Source: a candidate division WOR-3 bacterium (GTDB taxonomy: Bacteria; Hydrothermota; Hydrothermia; LBFQ01). Taken from it: a stretch of DNA of 64,000 bases. The stretch spans positions 902 through 64,901 of the forward strand of contig JALWYV010000020.1 of assembly GCA_027003075.1 (NCBI GenBank). Direction: 5' to 3'. A model generated the notes under the pieces. The model was given only the letters and a program-made list of their open reading frames with translations. It was not told the origin of the DNA and ran no database searches. Position numbers and translations under genes: made by a program. This document shows positions 1 through 10,093 of this stretch, in pieces. The first letter of the stretch is position 1. Each line of letters opens with the position of its first letter.

Positions 1-1
1 G

Positions 2-1405
2 AAAGAGTACGTAGGGGCTAAGTACATATCGGGTCCCCTTATCATAGTTGATAAGGCAAAGGAACTTCCCTACGGAAGCCTTGTGGAGATCATTTTACCC
101 GACGGCACGAGCAGAAGCGGTCAGGTTCTGGAGGTTTCGGAAGATCTCGCCGTTATACAGGTGCTTGAGGGTACCCTCGGTCTTGACGCTTCCTCCATCC
201 GCATAAGGCTGGTGGATAACGTCGTAAGGATAGGGGTGTCCAAAGATCTGATAGGGCGGGTCTTCAACGGTAGAGGGGAACCTATAGACGGCCTCCCCCC
301 CATCGTCCCCGAAAAGCGCCTCCCAATAATCGGTGAGGCCATAAACCCCGTAGCAAGGAACAAGCCGTCGGACTTCATACAGACGGGTATATCCTCCATA
401 GACGGCTTCAACACCCTCGTCCGTGGCCAGAAGCTCCCCATCTTCTCCGGCGCCGGTCTCCCGGCCAACGAGATAGCCGCCTTCATAATGAGGAACGCCA
501 CCGTCCGTGGCGAAGGGGAGCAGTTCCTGGTCGTATTCGCCGCCATGGGTATAACCCAGAGGGAGTACGCTTTCTTCAAGCAGCAGTTTGAGGAGATGGG
601 GGCCGCGAGCCGTCTGATCGCCTTCATTAACCTCGCCGACGACCCTCCCATTGAGAGGCTACTTACCCCGCGCTTCGCCCTCACTGTGGCCGAGTACTTC
701 GCCTTTGACCTCGGTTATCAGGTCCTCGTAATCCTGACGGACATGACCAACTACGCCGAGGCCCTCCGTGAGATAGCCGCCGCCCGTGAGGAGGTTCCCG
801 GAAGGCGCGGTTATCCGGGGTACATGTACACCGACCTCGCCACCATCTACGAGCGTGCCGGCCGTATAAAGGGCCGTAAGGGTTCCGTCACGCAGATCCC
901 CATACTCACGATGCCCGACGACGACATAACCCACCCCATTCCCGACCTGACGGGGTACATCACCGAGGGTCAGATCGTGCTGTCCCGTGAACTTCACGCC
1001 GCCGGCGTCTTCCCGCCTATTGATCCTCTGCCGTCCCTTAGCCGTCTAATGAACCTCGGTATAGGTAAGGGGAAGACGGCGGAGTTCCACAGGAACTGGG
1101 CGGACCAGCTCTTCGCTGCCTACGCCCGCGGTAAGGATGTGCGCCGTCTGGTCTCCATCGTTGGTGAGGACGCCATAGACGAGAACGAGAGGATATACCT
1201 CCGCTTCGCCGACAGGTTTGAGCAGGAGATGTTGAACCAGGGGAACAGACCGAGGAGCATAGAGGAGACCTTTGAGATAGGCTGGAAACTCCTTGCCATG
1301 TTCCCTGAGACGGAGCTGACCCGTATAAAGAGGGAGTACATAGAGAAGTACCTGAAGCCTATAAAGGAGCGCCTTCAGAGGAAGAAGGTGGAGGGAGAGG
1401 AGTAA
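2..1405 (+). CDS. atpB: V/A-type ATP synthase subunit B (5' partial; reading frame enters window at nt 2)
   Basis: Translation [30 protein letters not shown]... continues into the listed ORF and matches the N-terminus and nucleotide-binding core of V/A-ATPase B subunits; no in-window start. Confidence 0.9.
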   Translation, partial: KEYVGAKYISGPLIIVDKAKELPYGSLVEIILPDGTSRSGQVLEVSEDLAVIQVLEGTLGLDASSIRIRLVDNVVRIGVSKDLIGRVFNGRGEPIDGLPPIVPEKRLPIIGEAINPVARNKPSDFIQTGISSIDGFNTLVRGQKLPIFSGAGLPANEIAAFIMRNATVRGEGEQFLVVFAAMGITQREYAFFKQQFEEMGAASRLIAFINLADDPPIERLLTPRFALTVAEYFAFDLGYQVLVILTDMTNYAEALREIAAAREEVPGRRGYPGYMYTDLATIYERAGRIKGRKGSVTQIPILTMPDDDITHPIPDLTGYITEGQIVLSRELHAAGVFPPIDPLPSLSRLMNLGIGKGKTAEFHRNWADQLFAAYARGKDVRRLVSIVGEDAIDENERIYLRFADRFEQEMLNQGNRPRSIEETFEIGWKLLAMFPETELTRIKREYIEKYLKPIKERLQRKKVEGEE

Positions 1406-1422
1406 TTCAAAAACGTTCTGAA

Positions 1423-1456
1423 GAGGGCGGCGGGCCTGAGCTCGCCGCCTTTTTTG
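1423..1456 (+). terminator. Rho-independent terminator after atpB (7-bp GC stem GGCGGCG/CGCCGCC, 10-nt loop, T6 tail)
   Basis: Seen directly in sequence 1426-1455. Confidence 0.5.
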
Positions 1457-1648
1457 ATCTGTCCTTTTCAACAAAAGGGTAGACCGTTCCGGTACTCTAT
1501 GCACCGGGATTAGGTGGATGGATGGAAGGGAATCTGGGCAGGCCGGAGTTGTTTGCAAAACGAACGGACTCCATAGAGGAGCGGTATTCGGTGAATGGAG
1601 GGATAGAGAATATAACGCAATCCTCTCCTATCGTTTACTTGGTAAAAA

Positions 1649-1725
1649 TTGCAAATTGCAACATATTTTCGCATAATTTATGATAGATTTACAAAAATAT
1701 TGCAAATTTCAGGTGTTGAATTGCA
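1649..1725. promoter_or_regulatory. AT-rich intergenic tract carrying four TTGCA(A) hexamers (1649, 1656, 1700, 1721)
   Basis: Repeated motif in a 240-bp AT-rich spacer abutting the 3' end of tRNA-Arg; function unknown. Confidence 0.25.
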
Positions 1726-1800
1726 CATCCTTACTGGCCACAAAATTCCCTGTACCACTGAAATAACGTTTTAAATTATCATAGGTTAAAACAAAAAAAG

Positions 1801-1874
1801 CGCCCCAGGAGGGACTCGAACCCCCGACCTACGGCTTAGGAAGCCGCCGCTCTATCCTGCTGAGCTACTGGGGC
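1801..1874 (-). tRNA. tRNA-Arg (anticodon CCT)
   Basis: Reverse complement folds as cloverleaf: acceptor GCCCCAG/CTGGGGC, D arm GCTC-AGCAGGATA-GAGC, anticodon loop TTCCTAA, T arm GGGGG-TTCGAGT-CCCTC; CCA not encoded. Confidence 0.85.
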
Positions 1875-1883
1875 GCCTGAAAG

Positions 1884-2252
1884 TGGAGGCGGCGGGAATC
1901 GAACCCGCGTCCGAACGGGCTACTCACCCCCGGGTGTTTTACAGGCTTAGCCCCTTCTTTTAGTTTACGTCCCGACCCATGGGCATCGGGGCCTCTCCCG
2001 TAAGCCGGGACGCCTCCTCTTTGTTACCTCCTGCACCGGGAGAGGAGGAAGACCGGGGCAGGAGGCCTGCCCTCAGGGACCCCCCGACGGGTGCCGGGCA
2101 GGGAGCATCCCGTGGGAGGCTGGCGGTTAATTACGCCGCCAGAGCATAAGAAGCGTTCGCACTTATTTTGTTTTTGGGCTTGGTAACGGGGTTGCCCGAC
2201 CCCGGCCTGCACCCGGCAGGTTTTCACCCGCCGTCGAGACCTTTTCGCCCCC
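1884..2252 (-). ncRNA. ssrA: tmRNA (SsrA)
   Basis: Reverse complement begins GGGGGCGAAAAGGTCTCGACGG and ends GGACGCGGGTTCGATTCCCGCCGCCTCCA (tRNA-Ala-like acceptor and T arm). Internal tag ORF GCG AAC GCT TCT TAT GCT CTG GCG GCG TAA reads ...ANASYALAA*. Confidence 0.85.
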
Positions 2253-2297
2253 AAACGCAGGTTCTCATACTCCCGTCAGGAAACTATTATAAGGCTG

Positions 2298-3413
2298 TCA
2301 GATTACTCCCGTAAGGAGGGGGTGCCTCCGTTTGAGGTAGGATACTACCCCCTCCACTTCCACCCGTACGTTGGATGACGATCCCGTAGGATCTTCTGGG
2401 GCCAGACTTTTCAGCCGTACACCGTACTTCTCACCGAGGGGAATCCACTCCGGGGGAACCTCCGTATCCGTCTCCCTTCGGGTAAGTACGGCCAGGACCC
2501 ACGTCCACGCCCTCACAACGTTGGCTACGTTGTACCCGCCGCCTCCGAGGGCCACCCACGGGAGGTTGAGGGAGTCCAGAAAACGGAGAACCTCAAGGTA
2601 GGAATTCAGGGTAAGGTTCCAGTGGGTCAGGGGATCACCGGAGAGGGCGTCCGCACCGAGCTGGGACACGATCACCTGAGGGTTAAAACGCCTTATGGCC
2701 GGTATAACTACCTCACCGAAGGCGTAGGTGTAGACGTCGTCCCCCGCTCCCGGAGGGAAGGGGACGTTCAGGGCGTAACCGTACCCTTTACCTTCGCCCA
2801 TTTCGTACTCGTACCCCGTACCGGGGAACAGGTACCTTCCGCTCTCATGCGTGCTTACGGTTAGAACCCTATCGTCGTAGTAAAAGGCTAACTGTACTCC
2901 ATCGCCGTGGTGGGCGTCTATGTCAAGGTAAAGGATGCGATCGTACCTCTTAAGGAGTTCGTAGATGGCCATTACAGGGTCGTTCAGATAACAGAAACCG
3001 TAAGCCCTGTCGGGCATGGCATGATGTAACCCTCCAGCCATGTTGAACGCCCTCTCGGCCTTTCCCTCCACTACCTGCTTTGCTGCAAGAGATGAGGCAC
3101 CAGCGACAAGGCGGGAGTAGTCGTAAACTCCCGGAAACACGGGGTTGTCTCCGTATCCGAGACCGTACACCGCCATGTAATCCCTGTACTCCCCTGTATT
3201 GGCCATCTTCAAAATATCAAGGTAGTCGCGGGTGTGGAATAGTAGAAGTTTATCTTCGTCTATAGGTTCAGGTGTCAATAGTTTCACCCCTTCTAAAAGT
3301 CTCTTCATCTCCTGCATCTTCTGTGTGAGCATGAGGCGGTAGAGTCTGAAAGGATGAGCAGGTCCATAGGAATACTTCCAGAAGGGTGAGGTATCTACGA
3401 AGGCAACCCGCAT
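2298..3413 (-). CDS. Histone deacetylase-family amidohydrolase (AcuC/AphA-like)
   Basis: DIDAHHGDG zinc-binding motif and overall HDAC/arginase-deacetylase fold signature. Confidence 0.8.
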   Translation of the reverse strand: MRVAFVDTSPFWKYSYGPAHPFRLYRLMLTQKMQEMKRLLEGVKLLTPEPIDEDKLLLFHTRDYLDILKMANTGEYRDYMAVYGLGYGDNPVFPGVYDYSRLVAGASSLAAKQVVEGKAERAFNMAGGLHHAMPDRAYGFCYLNDPVMAIYELLKRYDRILYLDIDAHHGDGVQLAFYYDDRVLTVSTHESGRYLFPGTGYEYEMGEGKGYGYALNVPFPPGAGDDVYTYAFGEVVIPAIRRFNPQVIVSQLGADALSGDPLTHWNLTLNSYLEVLRFLDSLNLPWVALGGGGYNVANVVRAWTWVLAVLTRRETDTEVPPEWIPLGEKYGVRLKSLAPEDPTGSSSNVRVEVEGVVSYLKRRHPLLTGVI

Positions 3414-3568
3414 TTACGGAATTCTAAGCCGGCTCAATTCGTACAATGTCAGGAAACCGGCACGCTTTCGTTGAAGGAACGGATGCGGCGAGGGGGTTGG
3501 AAGGTGTTAAAATAATTGCATAACTTAAAATAAGACGATCGCCCGCTATGGTGAAAGAAAACAAAAAG

Positions 3569-3592
3569 AGGGGTGGGCCCAAGCCCACCCCT
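3569..3592. promoter_or_regulatory. Perfect 10-bp inverted repeat AGGGGTGGGC-ccaa-GCCCACCCCT overlapping a TATAAT (3592-3597) 23 nt upstream of the 3620 start
   Basis: Seen in sequence in a divergent intergenic region. Confidence 0.3.
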
Positions 3593-3619
3593 ATAATATC
3601 CGTGTGCGTGGATTAACCT

Positions 3620-5413
3620 ATGCTGTGGATGTTCCTTGCAAAGGACACGTTGTATTTAAAGGACAAAAAGCCACTTGTCCTCAAGCCCGTAGAGACCACG
3701 GTTGAGGAAGAAAACTTCAGACATAGGTTCAGCATCAACGAGTTCGTTTATCCTACGCAGGTAAGCAGGGGACACTTCGGAGGAACGGCATACTTCTACC
3801 AGATGATAGGGGGTCTCCTCCCCTCTGCGGGTTTCTCCTTCAGCGTCAGGGGACTGCCACCCACAAGCAACAGGATGTACATCAACGGCATACCCCTGCT
3901 CAACATGATGTTGAGCAGCCTCGCACCCCTGCCCATAAACGAGAATCTCGTATCCTCTGCCCGTGTTTACCGTGGAGATGCCCCCATAGAGTACGACGGC
4001 TTCTTAGGTGGGGTGATAGACATGAACGTTGAGCCTGTGTACAACAAAGCACAGGTAGGTGTCCCCACGACTTACGTCTTTTTCAAAGGACTCTTTGGCC
4101 AGTACAACAACCCCGCCTACGTAAAGGTGGGTGATGAGCCGAGGTGGAGGACCGAGGACTACTCCGCAGCGTTCATAAGGAACTTCCTCAAGGGCAGGAT
4201 CAGACTCAACGTCCTCTACGCCCACTCGTGGATGGACTTCAGGAGTAGTTTTCAGGGTATGTTCGGAGATAAGGTCAGCTCCTTTACGAACTCGTCCGAA
4301 ATGGCGGGGGCCTCCGTCGTGCTGTGGAGATCCCTCAAACTTTACTACGTTCAGGGAAACGCTCTGAACGATCTAAACAACACTTATGGCTCCGTATTGA
4401 CCAGTACCTTTCAAACTTACCGGAACACGTTGGGCATTATCGGAACTTTCAGATACGGCGGTTTTGAGATAACTTACGACAGCCTGTATAACACCTCCCG
4501 CCTGATTAACTTCTACAGTAGATTTGTGGGTTTTTCCGCCTTCTTGAACCTTGATCGCAGGACAGACAGGATGCTCCTTTATATCGGCGGTAGGCTAACC
4601 CTCGCCCTGTCAGGATCCGGACCGGGTAAGTTCTCGCACGAATTAAAAAAACTCCTGCCCACTTTCAGACTGAAGTTCAAGTACTTTACAGGCGAAAACG
4701 AGGCCTACAGGGTCACACTCGGAACGGCCTATCAGTACACAACGCCGTTCATCCCCATGGGAAACGTAAACATCTTCCCGTCCTCCTACTTTAAAGACTA
4801 TCCGTACGGTGGGGTCTTCACTCTCGGCAGGGAGACTCTCCACAGGTTCGCCATAACCGAGGTGGAGATTTACGTCGGTGCCTTCCAGCCTTACATCTTC
4901 TACAACTGGGGAACGGACGTAGGTTCATCCGCAGAGGACTTCCTAAAGCGTTCGGTAAATGCGACCGTACTGTCCTATGGCTTTGATCTTACGATTACGG
5001 ACAGGTCAAAGGACAACTTCAGGGTATCTGCTACGGTAGGAAGGAGCAGGTTTATAAGGGGTGTGGAGGGGGCATCTCCGTGGGAGAGGAGGTACGCCCT
5101 GTCTTTAACGACACTGTACCTTTCAATCCTCTTCGCCGACGGCATCCCGACCTACGGGTGGTACTACACCTGCAGAGCCTCAGGGAAGTTGCTGTGCAGT
5201 GATTACGTCCTATCCTACACCTTCAACAGGAGCAGCCCCACGCTTATGGTGGCCAGTGGGAAGGAGTGGAGGTACAGGGGTTTTAAGGTCAGGGCCGGTG
5301 TGGGTAACTTCCTATTCTTCTTCAACCGCCTCATATCCACGACGAAAGTTGACCCAACGGCGGTATATCTCATTTACCCCGTGGCTTACCTCTACGTCGT
5401 AAAGGAGTGGTAG
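3620..5413 (+). CDS. Outer-membrane protein with TonB-dependent-receptor plug-like N-terminal region
   Basis: VRGLPP...INGIPL...ARVYRG...YDGFLGGVIDM resembles the TBDR plug; aromatic-rich, ends in W; no clear signal peptide at the listed start. Confidence 0.45.
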   Translation: MLWMFLAKDTLYLKDKKPLVLKPVETTVEEENFRHRFSINEFVYPTQVSRGHFGGTAYFYQMIGGLLPSAGFSFSVRGLPPTSNRMYINGIPLLNMMLSSLAPLPINENLVSSARVYRGDAPIEYDGFLGGVIDMNVEPVYNKAQVGVPTTYVFFKGLFGQYNNPAYVKVGDEPRWRTEDYSAAFIRNFLKGRIRLNVLYAHSWMDFRSSFQGMFGDKVSSFTNSSEMAGASVVLWRSLKLYYVQGNALNDLNNTYGSVLTSTFQTYRNTLGIIGTFRYGGFEITYDSLYNTSRLINFYSRFVGFSAFLNLDRRTDRMLLYIGGRLTLALSGSGPGKFSHELKKLLPTFRLKFKYFTGENEAYRVTLGTAYQYTTPFIPMGNVNIFPSSYFKDYPYGGVFTLGRETLHRFAITEVEIYVGAFQPYIFYNWGTDVGSSAEDFLKRSVNATVLSYGFDLTITDRSKDNFRVSATVGRSRFIRGVEGASPWERRYALSLTTLYLSILFADGIPTYGWYYTCRASGKLLCSDYVLSYTFNRSSPTLMVASGKEWRYRGFKVRAGVGNFLFFFNRLISTTKVDPTAVYLIYPVAYLYVVKEW

Positions 5414-5420
5414 GCACCCC

Positions 5421-5999
5421 TCATTTCATCCAGTCAACGGACCTCTTACCTATGATCTGGAGGAACTCGTTCCTGGTCCTTATATCCTTCCGGAATATTC
5501 CCAACATGGCGCTCGTTATCATCTTGTTGCGGGGTTTCTTCACGCCGCGCATAACAGAGCAGAGGTGTATGGCCTCAACCACCACCGCCACACCGAGGGG
5601 GTTCAGGAGTTTTTGCAGGGTTTCGGCTATCTGGACGGTCATTTTCTCCTGTATCTGAAGGCGCCGGGCATACATATCAACTATGCGGGGGATTTTGGAC
5701 AGACCGATAACTTTATCGCGGGGTATGTAGGCCACGTGTACCACACCGAAGAAAGGGAGCATGTGATGTTCGCACATGGAGTAGAAGTCTATGTCCTTAA
5801 CGATCACCATCTCGTCGTATCTCTGATGAAATACGGCGTTGTTCAGTATCTTCTCCGGATCCTGTCTATACCCGGCGAATATCTCCTCGTACATGCGGGC
5901 TATACGCTCCGGTGTCCCCCGGAGACCCTCGCGGTCGGGGTCTTCCCCTATCTCTTTGAGGAGTTCCCGTATAAGGTGTGCTATTCTGTCCTTATTCAC
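5421..5999 (-). CDS. folE: GTP cyclohydrolase I
   Basis: Full-length match to FolE (EHHMLPF, catalytic Cys/His region); GTG start preceded by GGAGG. Confidence 0.9.
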   Translation of the reverse strand: MNKDRIAHLIRELLKEIGEDPDREGLRGTPERIARMYEEIFAGYRQDPEKILNNAVFHQRYDEMVIVKDIDFYSMCEHHMLPFFGVVHVAYIPRDKVIGLSKIPRIVDMYARRLQIQEKMTVQIAETLQKLLNPLGVAVVVEAIHLCSVMRGVKKPRNKMITSAMLGIFRKDIRTRNEFLQIIGKRSVDWMK

Positions 6000-6002
6000 C
6001 CT

Positions 6003-6710
6003 TTACCTCCTTCCTGCGAAGAGCCTTATCCAGAACATGCCTATACCTCCGGCAACGGATGCGTTCAGGGACTGTACCCTGCCGAACATGGGGATCTTAA
6101 CGAGATAGTTTACGCTCTTTCTTACCACATCCGATAGCCCTTTACCCTCACTACCCACGACCAGAGCCACGGGAGTGGGGAGTTTCGTGGTCGTTATATC
6201 CTTACCGGCCATGTCCAGGCCTACGGCCACACCACCCCTGCGTTTGTACTCCGTTATGAACTTTGCGGCGTTGTATATGGATATCGGTATATGGAAGATA
6301 GCCCCGGCAGAAGTTTTTACGACGGCCGGAGTTATAGGGGCGGTCCTGCGCGGCGGGATTATGACCCCCGCAAAGCCGAAGGCTTCGGCGCTCCTTATCA
6401 GGGCACCGAGGTTCCGCACATCCTGTATACGGTCAACCACGAGGACGGGCTTACCCGTCTTCAGGGAAACGTTTATTATGGGTTTTCTGTCGTAGGTTCT
6501 GAATTCCCCTATGTCGGCCGCCACACCCTGATGGTCCCTAACACTTGTAAGCCTGTTCAAATCCTTTGAGTTAACAAGTTCAACCTTATGACCAGCCATC
6601 AGCTCAAGGAGGTCGTCGTCAAGACGCACTCCCTTCTGCACGTATATAACCTTCGGTTTTCCTCCGGCCCTGAGGTACTCGTAAACGGGCCTCCTTCCGT
6701 ATATGATCAT
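6003..6710 (-). CDS. rlmB: SpoU/TrmH-family RNA 2'-O-methyltransferase (RlmB-like)
   Basis: N-terminal substrate-binding domain plus SPOUT motifs (LVVGSEGKGLS, IPMFGRVQSLNASVAGGI). Confidence 0.75.
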   Translation of the reverse strand: MIIYGRRPVYEYLRAGGKPKVIYVQKGVRLDDDLLELMAGHKVELVNSKDLNRLTSVRDHQGVAADIGEFRTYDRKPIINVSLKTGKPVLVVDRIQDVRNLGALIRSAEAFGFAGVIIPPRRTAPITPAVVKTSAGAIFHIPISIYNAAKFITEYKRRGGVAVGLDMAGKDITTTKLPTPVALVVGSEGKGLSDVVRKSVNYLVKIPMFGRVQSLNASVAGGIGMFWIRLFAGRR

Positions 6711-6791
6711 GGAGGGTATTCTACGAGGGTTTTGTTATTTTCGGCACTCCGGCATTCACCCGTGGTGCTTTCCTCAAATTACACGTTCAGG

Positions 6792-7367
6792 TTATCTCTC
6801 AAAAACCTTCTTTAAATCTATCTCCAGCCCTTTCAACACCTTACTTCTGACCTTTCCTTCACCCTCGGCTACGTTGAAGAGGTCGTACTTACCCTCATCG
6901 TTCAAAACCCATACCTCAACGGCCTTTTCCTCAGGATAGACGACCCAGTACTCCTTGAGTCCAAACTTCTCATATATGCCCTTCTTAACGACCGTATCCC
7001 TCCTCACCGTTGCAGGTGAGATTATCTCAACGACCAGATCGGGAGGCCCCATTATGGCCTTCTCGCCTATTATCCCGAGTCTCTCCCTGGATATGAAGAC
7101 TATGTCAGGCTGAAGAACGTACTCTTCCTTCAAAACTACGTCCAGAGGAGCATGCAGAATTTGTCCCGCTTCCCTCTTCCGGACAAAATCCCACATTAAG
7201 AACACAATATTCCCTGAGATGCCCTGATGTAAAGGGGTAGGTGTGGGTATCTCGCACAACCTCCCGTTTATGACCTCATAGCGCTTATCGTCTGCAAGCT
7301 TCAAGTAGTCCTCGTAAGTCCATACCTTTTCTTTCTGATTATTGACCACGTTTTCCTTCATCTTCAA
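6792..7367 (-). CDS. Uma2-family (DUF820) PD-(D/E)XK putative endonuclease, paralogue 1
   Basis: WTYEDYLKL..DDKRYEVINGRL...PDLVVEIISP...KKGIYEKFGLKEYWVV family signature. Confidence 0.8.
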   Translation of the reverse strand: MKMKENVVNNQKEKVWTYEDYLKLADDKRYEVINGRLCEIPTPTPLHQGISGNIVFLMWDFVRKREAGQILHAPLDVVLKEEYVLQPDIVFISRERLGIIGEKAIMGPPDLVVEIISPATVRRDTVVKKGIYEKFGLKEYWVVYPEEKAVEVWVLNDEGKYDLFNVAEGEGKVRSKVLKGLEIDLKKVFER

Positions 7368-7914
7368 CCTCCTTAAGCAGGTCTTTGAGTTTGAATTTCA
7401 CACCTTCCAGAAGTTCTACTTTCTCATTTTCCCCAAATACCTTAACCCCTTCCCCATCAATCACCACAACCTTCCCGTCCTCCGGAAATACCCAAACCTG
7501 CCTCTTTACTCCCCACCTCCTGTAATCCTCCATCTTCTCAATGGTGTAGGGTAGGCTGTCAGAAGGGGAGACTATCTCAACTATCAGGTCCGGGGGTACC
7601 TCTATGGCTCCCTTCGGTATTCCCTTTAGCCTGTTCTTAGATATAACGACCACGTCCGCCCCACGGAGAGTTAGGGGAGAGCGGGAGAGTAGTAACGCGA
7701 CTTCGCCCACGGCAGCGAAGTATTTATTCTTCGGAAGATTCAAAAGCAACGTGTATATTTTACCTTCTAAAAAACCATGTATGAAGCTCGCAGGCATCTT
7801 CCTTACCTCCTTACCCTTTACTATCTCCGAAACTTCCGCCGGGATTCGCCCGTTAAGGTAATCCTCGTACGTCCAGACTTTATCCTTTGGCCTTTCAAGT
7901 ACCGCTTCCTTCAT
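7339..7914 (-). CDS. Uma2-family putative endonuclease, paralogue 2
   Basis: Same family signature; 29-nt overlap with paralogue 1. Confidence 0.75.
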   Translation of the reverse strand: MKEAVLERPKDKVWTYEDYLNGRIPAEVSEIVKGKEVRKMPASFIHGFLEGKIYTLLLNLPKNKYFAAVGEVALLLSRSPLTLRGADVVVISKNRLKGIPKGAIEVPPDLIVEIVSPSDSLPYTIEKMEDYRRWGVKRQVWVFPEDGKVVVIDGEGVKVFGENEKVELLEGVKFKLKDLLKEVEDEGKRGQ

Positions 7915-8468
7915 TTCAGTACCTCCTCAACTCTGACTTTAAAACCTTTCAGAACACACGACTCAACCTCTCCCTTTTCAGCGGCCACCGAGTGCAGAAC
8001 GTATCTACCATCCTTCAAGCACCAGACCTCAATAACCTTTTCCCCCGGCAACACGATCCAGTACTCTTTGACACCGTATCTCTCGTAAAGAACAAACTTT
8101 TCGTACCTGCCCCTCCTATAACTACCCGGTGAAACCACTTCAACGGCGAGATCTGGGGGGCCAAAGAGTCTATCGTTCTTTATGCTTTTCATATTATCGC
8201 TTGATATGAAGACTATGTCAGGCTGGACGACCACTGTCTCTGATAGGATGACGTCAAAGGGCGCATCCACGATTTCTCCCAGATCGTTTTTATAAACGAA
8301 GCCCCTCAGCAAGAACTCTATCAATCCCGATACCTTCTGATGTTCAAATCCCGGTGCAGGCATCTCGTACAACCTCCCGTTTATGACTTCGTAGCGCTTG
8401 TCATCGTTGAGCCGTAAGTATTCCTCGTACGTCCACATCTCAGGCCTTTCCTTCAAGTTGCTCGCCAT
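7911..8468 (-). CDS. Uma2-family putative endonuclease, paralogue 3 (start trimmed to internal ATG at 8468 with GGAGG RBS)
   Basis: MASNLKERPEMWTYEEYLRLNDDKRYEVINGRL...; the N-terminal 54 aa of the listed ORF look like read-through. Confidence 0.7.
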   Translation of the reverse strand: MASNLKERPEMWTYEEYLRLNDDKRYEVINGRLYEMPAPGFEHQKVSGLIEFLLRGFVYKNDLGEIVDAPFDVILSETVVVQPDIVFISSDNMKSIKNDRLFGPPDLAVEVVSPGSYRRGRYEKFVLYERYGVKEYWIVLPGEKVIEVWCLKDGRYVLHSVAAEKGEVESCVLKGFKVRVEEVLK

Positions 8469-8592
8469 TTCTTGCCTCCTTCGTGAATTATACCGCCGGA
8501 AAGCAGATCTGGAAGGAACGGTGGGGACTACCTTTCTTTCTTCCCATAGCCCCGTTAAAATACCTCCCTTGGTAAAGGCCCGACTGACCGTA

Positions 8593-8967
8593 ATGTACAG
8601 GGACGTGGATACCCTCGGACACGTCAACAACGCCGTGTACCTTTCCTACATAGAGCATGCCCGCGTCCTCATGTTCAAGGAGTACTTCGCAAAGTACGGG
8701 AACTTCCATTTCGTCATAGCACGGGCGGAAATAGACTACCTCCGGCCGTTGTTCCTGCTTGACGACGTTGAGGTCGTGGCGTGGGTGTCCCGGATAGGGA
8801 GGACGAGTTTCACGATTGACTACGAAGTTTACAACGGTAGAGGGGAACTGTGTGTGAGGGCAAGGACGGTTCAGGTGGCGTACGACCCCCAAACCCGCTC
8901 CAAACGGGATATAGACCCCGTATTCCTTCGCTACCTCAAGGCCCACCTTCGGGAAGGAGACTCCTGA
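8593..8967 (+). CDS. Acyl-CoA thioesterase, hotdog fold (YbgC/FadM-like); start uncertain
   Basis: MYRDVDTLGHVNNAVYLSYIEHAR... 4HBT thioesterase signature; upstream part of the listed ORF overlaps Uma2-3. Confidence 0.65.
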   Translation: MYRDVDTLGHVNNAVYLSYIEHARVLMFKEYFAKYGNFHFVIARAEIDYLRPLFLLDDVEVVAWVSRIGRTSFTIDYEVYNGRGELCVRARTVQVAYDPQTRSKRDIDPVFLRYLKAHLREGDS

Positions 8968-10093
8968 CGGCTCTCTCCAGATCGTGGACGTCCACCCGCT
9001 TCCCTATCCACCGCCTAACGACCCTTCCGGATGGGGATACGAGGACGTAGGAGGGAACACCGAAGATGGAAAAGGCATCAAATACGTGCGCCCCTCCGGG
9101 AACTATAGGGTAAAGTGTATTGAAGTCCTTCAATCTGTCCGGCGGTTCTTTACTTACGGCCAGCATAATAAAAGGTTTTCCTTCCATCCTCCTACTAAGG
9201 GTAGACAGGAGGGGTATCTGTTCCGTGCATGCGGAACACGTACTGTTCCAGAAGACGAGCAAGACAACTTTCCCCTTGAGGGATCTCAGGGATATGGTAT
9301 CTCCGTCCAGTGTACGTAGGACGATATCCGGAACCTCAGGATACCTTACCTTCACACTCGCTCCGAACTCTCTCAGGGTTGATAGGGCGGACGTGTCCCC
9401 GTATACCGCCCACGCGTACCCCATGGCATCAAGAAAAAGGGAGGTATCCCCTGAATAGAGGGAAGCCCAGGCGAAGTCGTAGAGGTGAAGGCCAAGGAGG
9501 GCCGGGTCCCGCTGGAAAGCCGGGTAAAGTAGGGATCTCATGGCGTCATGGTTTCCCGTGGCCTTGTAATAATCAACCTCGTAGGAATAGAGGGGGCCCA
9601 GAAAGGAGGAGAGCGTATCGGGCTTTTCTCCCCACGTAAGGAGATCAACGGCCTGATGTAAGGGGGACGTCAACCTTTTCATACTGTCTAAAACGGCTCC
9701 GGCCTCCCGTACGTCCCCCCGCTTCAGATATAGCCGGAACAGGGTGGCGTAATCGTGTAGGGTCTTCAGGCTATCCGGGATCCGGGACAGGTACCGGTTA
9801 ACGTACTCCTCAGGTTCCCAGTTATACCTCTCTGCCATCGTCCGCAGTGCCAGACGTACCCCCGGATAGGGTGCGATGTTCTCAACGCACACCTCTTCAA
9901 TGCCAACGGAAGGAAGGGAGTCGTAGGTTAACCTTCTTCCTTCAACCCTTACAACCGTACCCCCTTTCACTTCCCCCTGGACCGTCCTCAGGGACATCTT
10001 CAAAGGGGAACCGGTGTACGTCCCCACAACCGAAACTACCCCCTCACCTCTGCAGGACAGCAAGAGAAGTAGAGGTAAGTACCTCCACCTCAC
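8936..10093 (-). CDS. Lipoprotein with C-terminal TlpA/ResA-like thioredoxin domain
   Basis: Lipobox LLLLLSC; WNSTCSACTEQ CxxC redoxin motif. Confidence 0.75.
   Translation of the reverse strand: MRWRYLPLLLLLSCRGEGVVSVVGTYTGSPLKMSLRTVQGEVKGGTVVRVEGRRLTYDSLPSVGIEEVCVENIAPYPGVRLALRTMAERYNWEPEEYVNRYLSRIPDSLKTLHDYATLFRLYLKRGDVREAGAVLDSMKRLTSPLHQAVDLLTWGEKPDTLSSFLGPLYSYEVDYYKATGNHDAMRSLLYPAFQRDPALLGLHLYDFAWASLYSGDTSLFLDAMGYAWAVYGDTSALSTLREFGASVKVRYPEVPDIVLRTLDGDTISLRSLKGKVVLLVFWNSTCSACTEQIPLLSTLSRRMEGKPFIMLAVSKEPPDRLKDFNTLYPIVPGGAHVFDAFSIFGVPSYVLVSPSGRVVRRWIGKRVDVHDLERAVRSLLPEGGP

Noticed and set aside
2024-2254. 76-aa ORF on the minus strand
   Set aside because: Lies entirely within the tmRNA gene; an artefact of the structured GC-rich RNA
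5565-6137. 190-aa plus-strand ORF antisense to folE and rlmB
   Set aside because: Overlaps two confidently identified genes on the opposite strand
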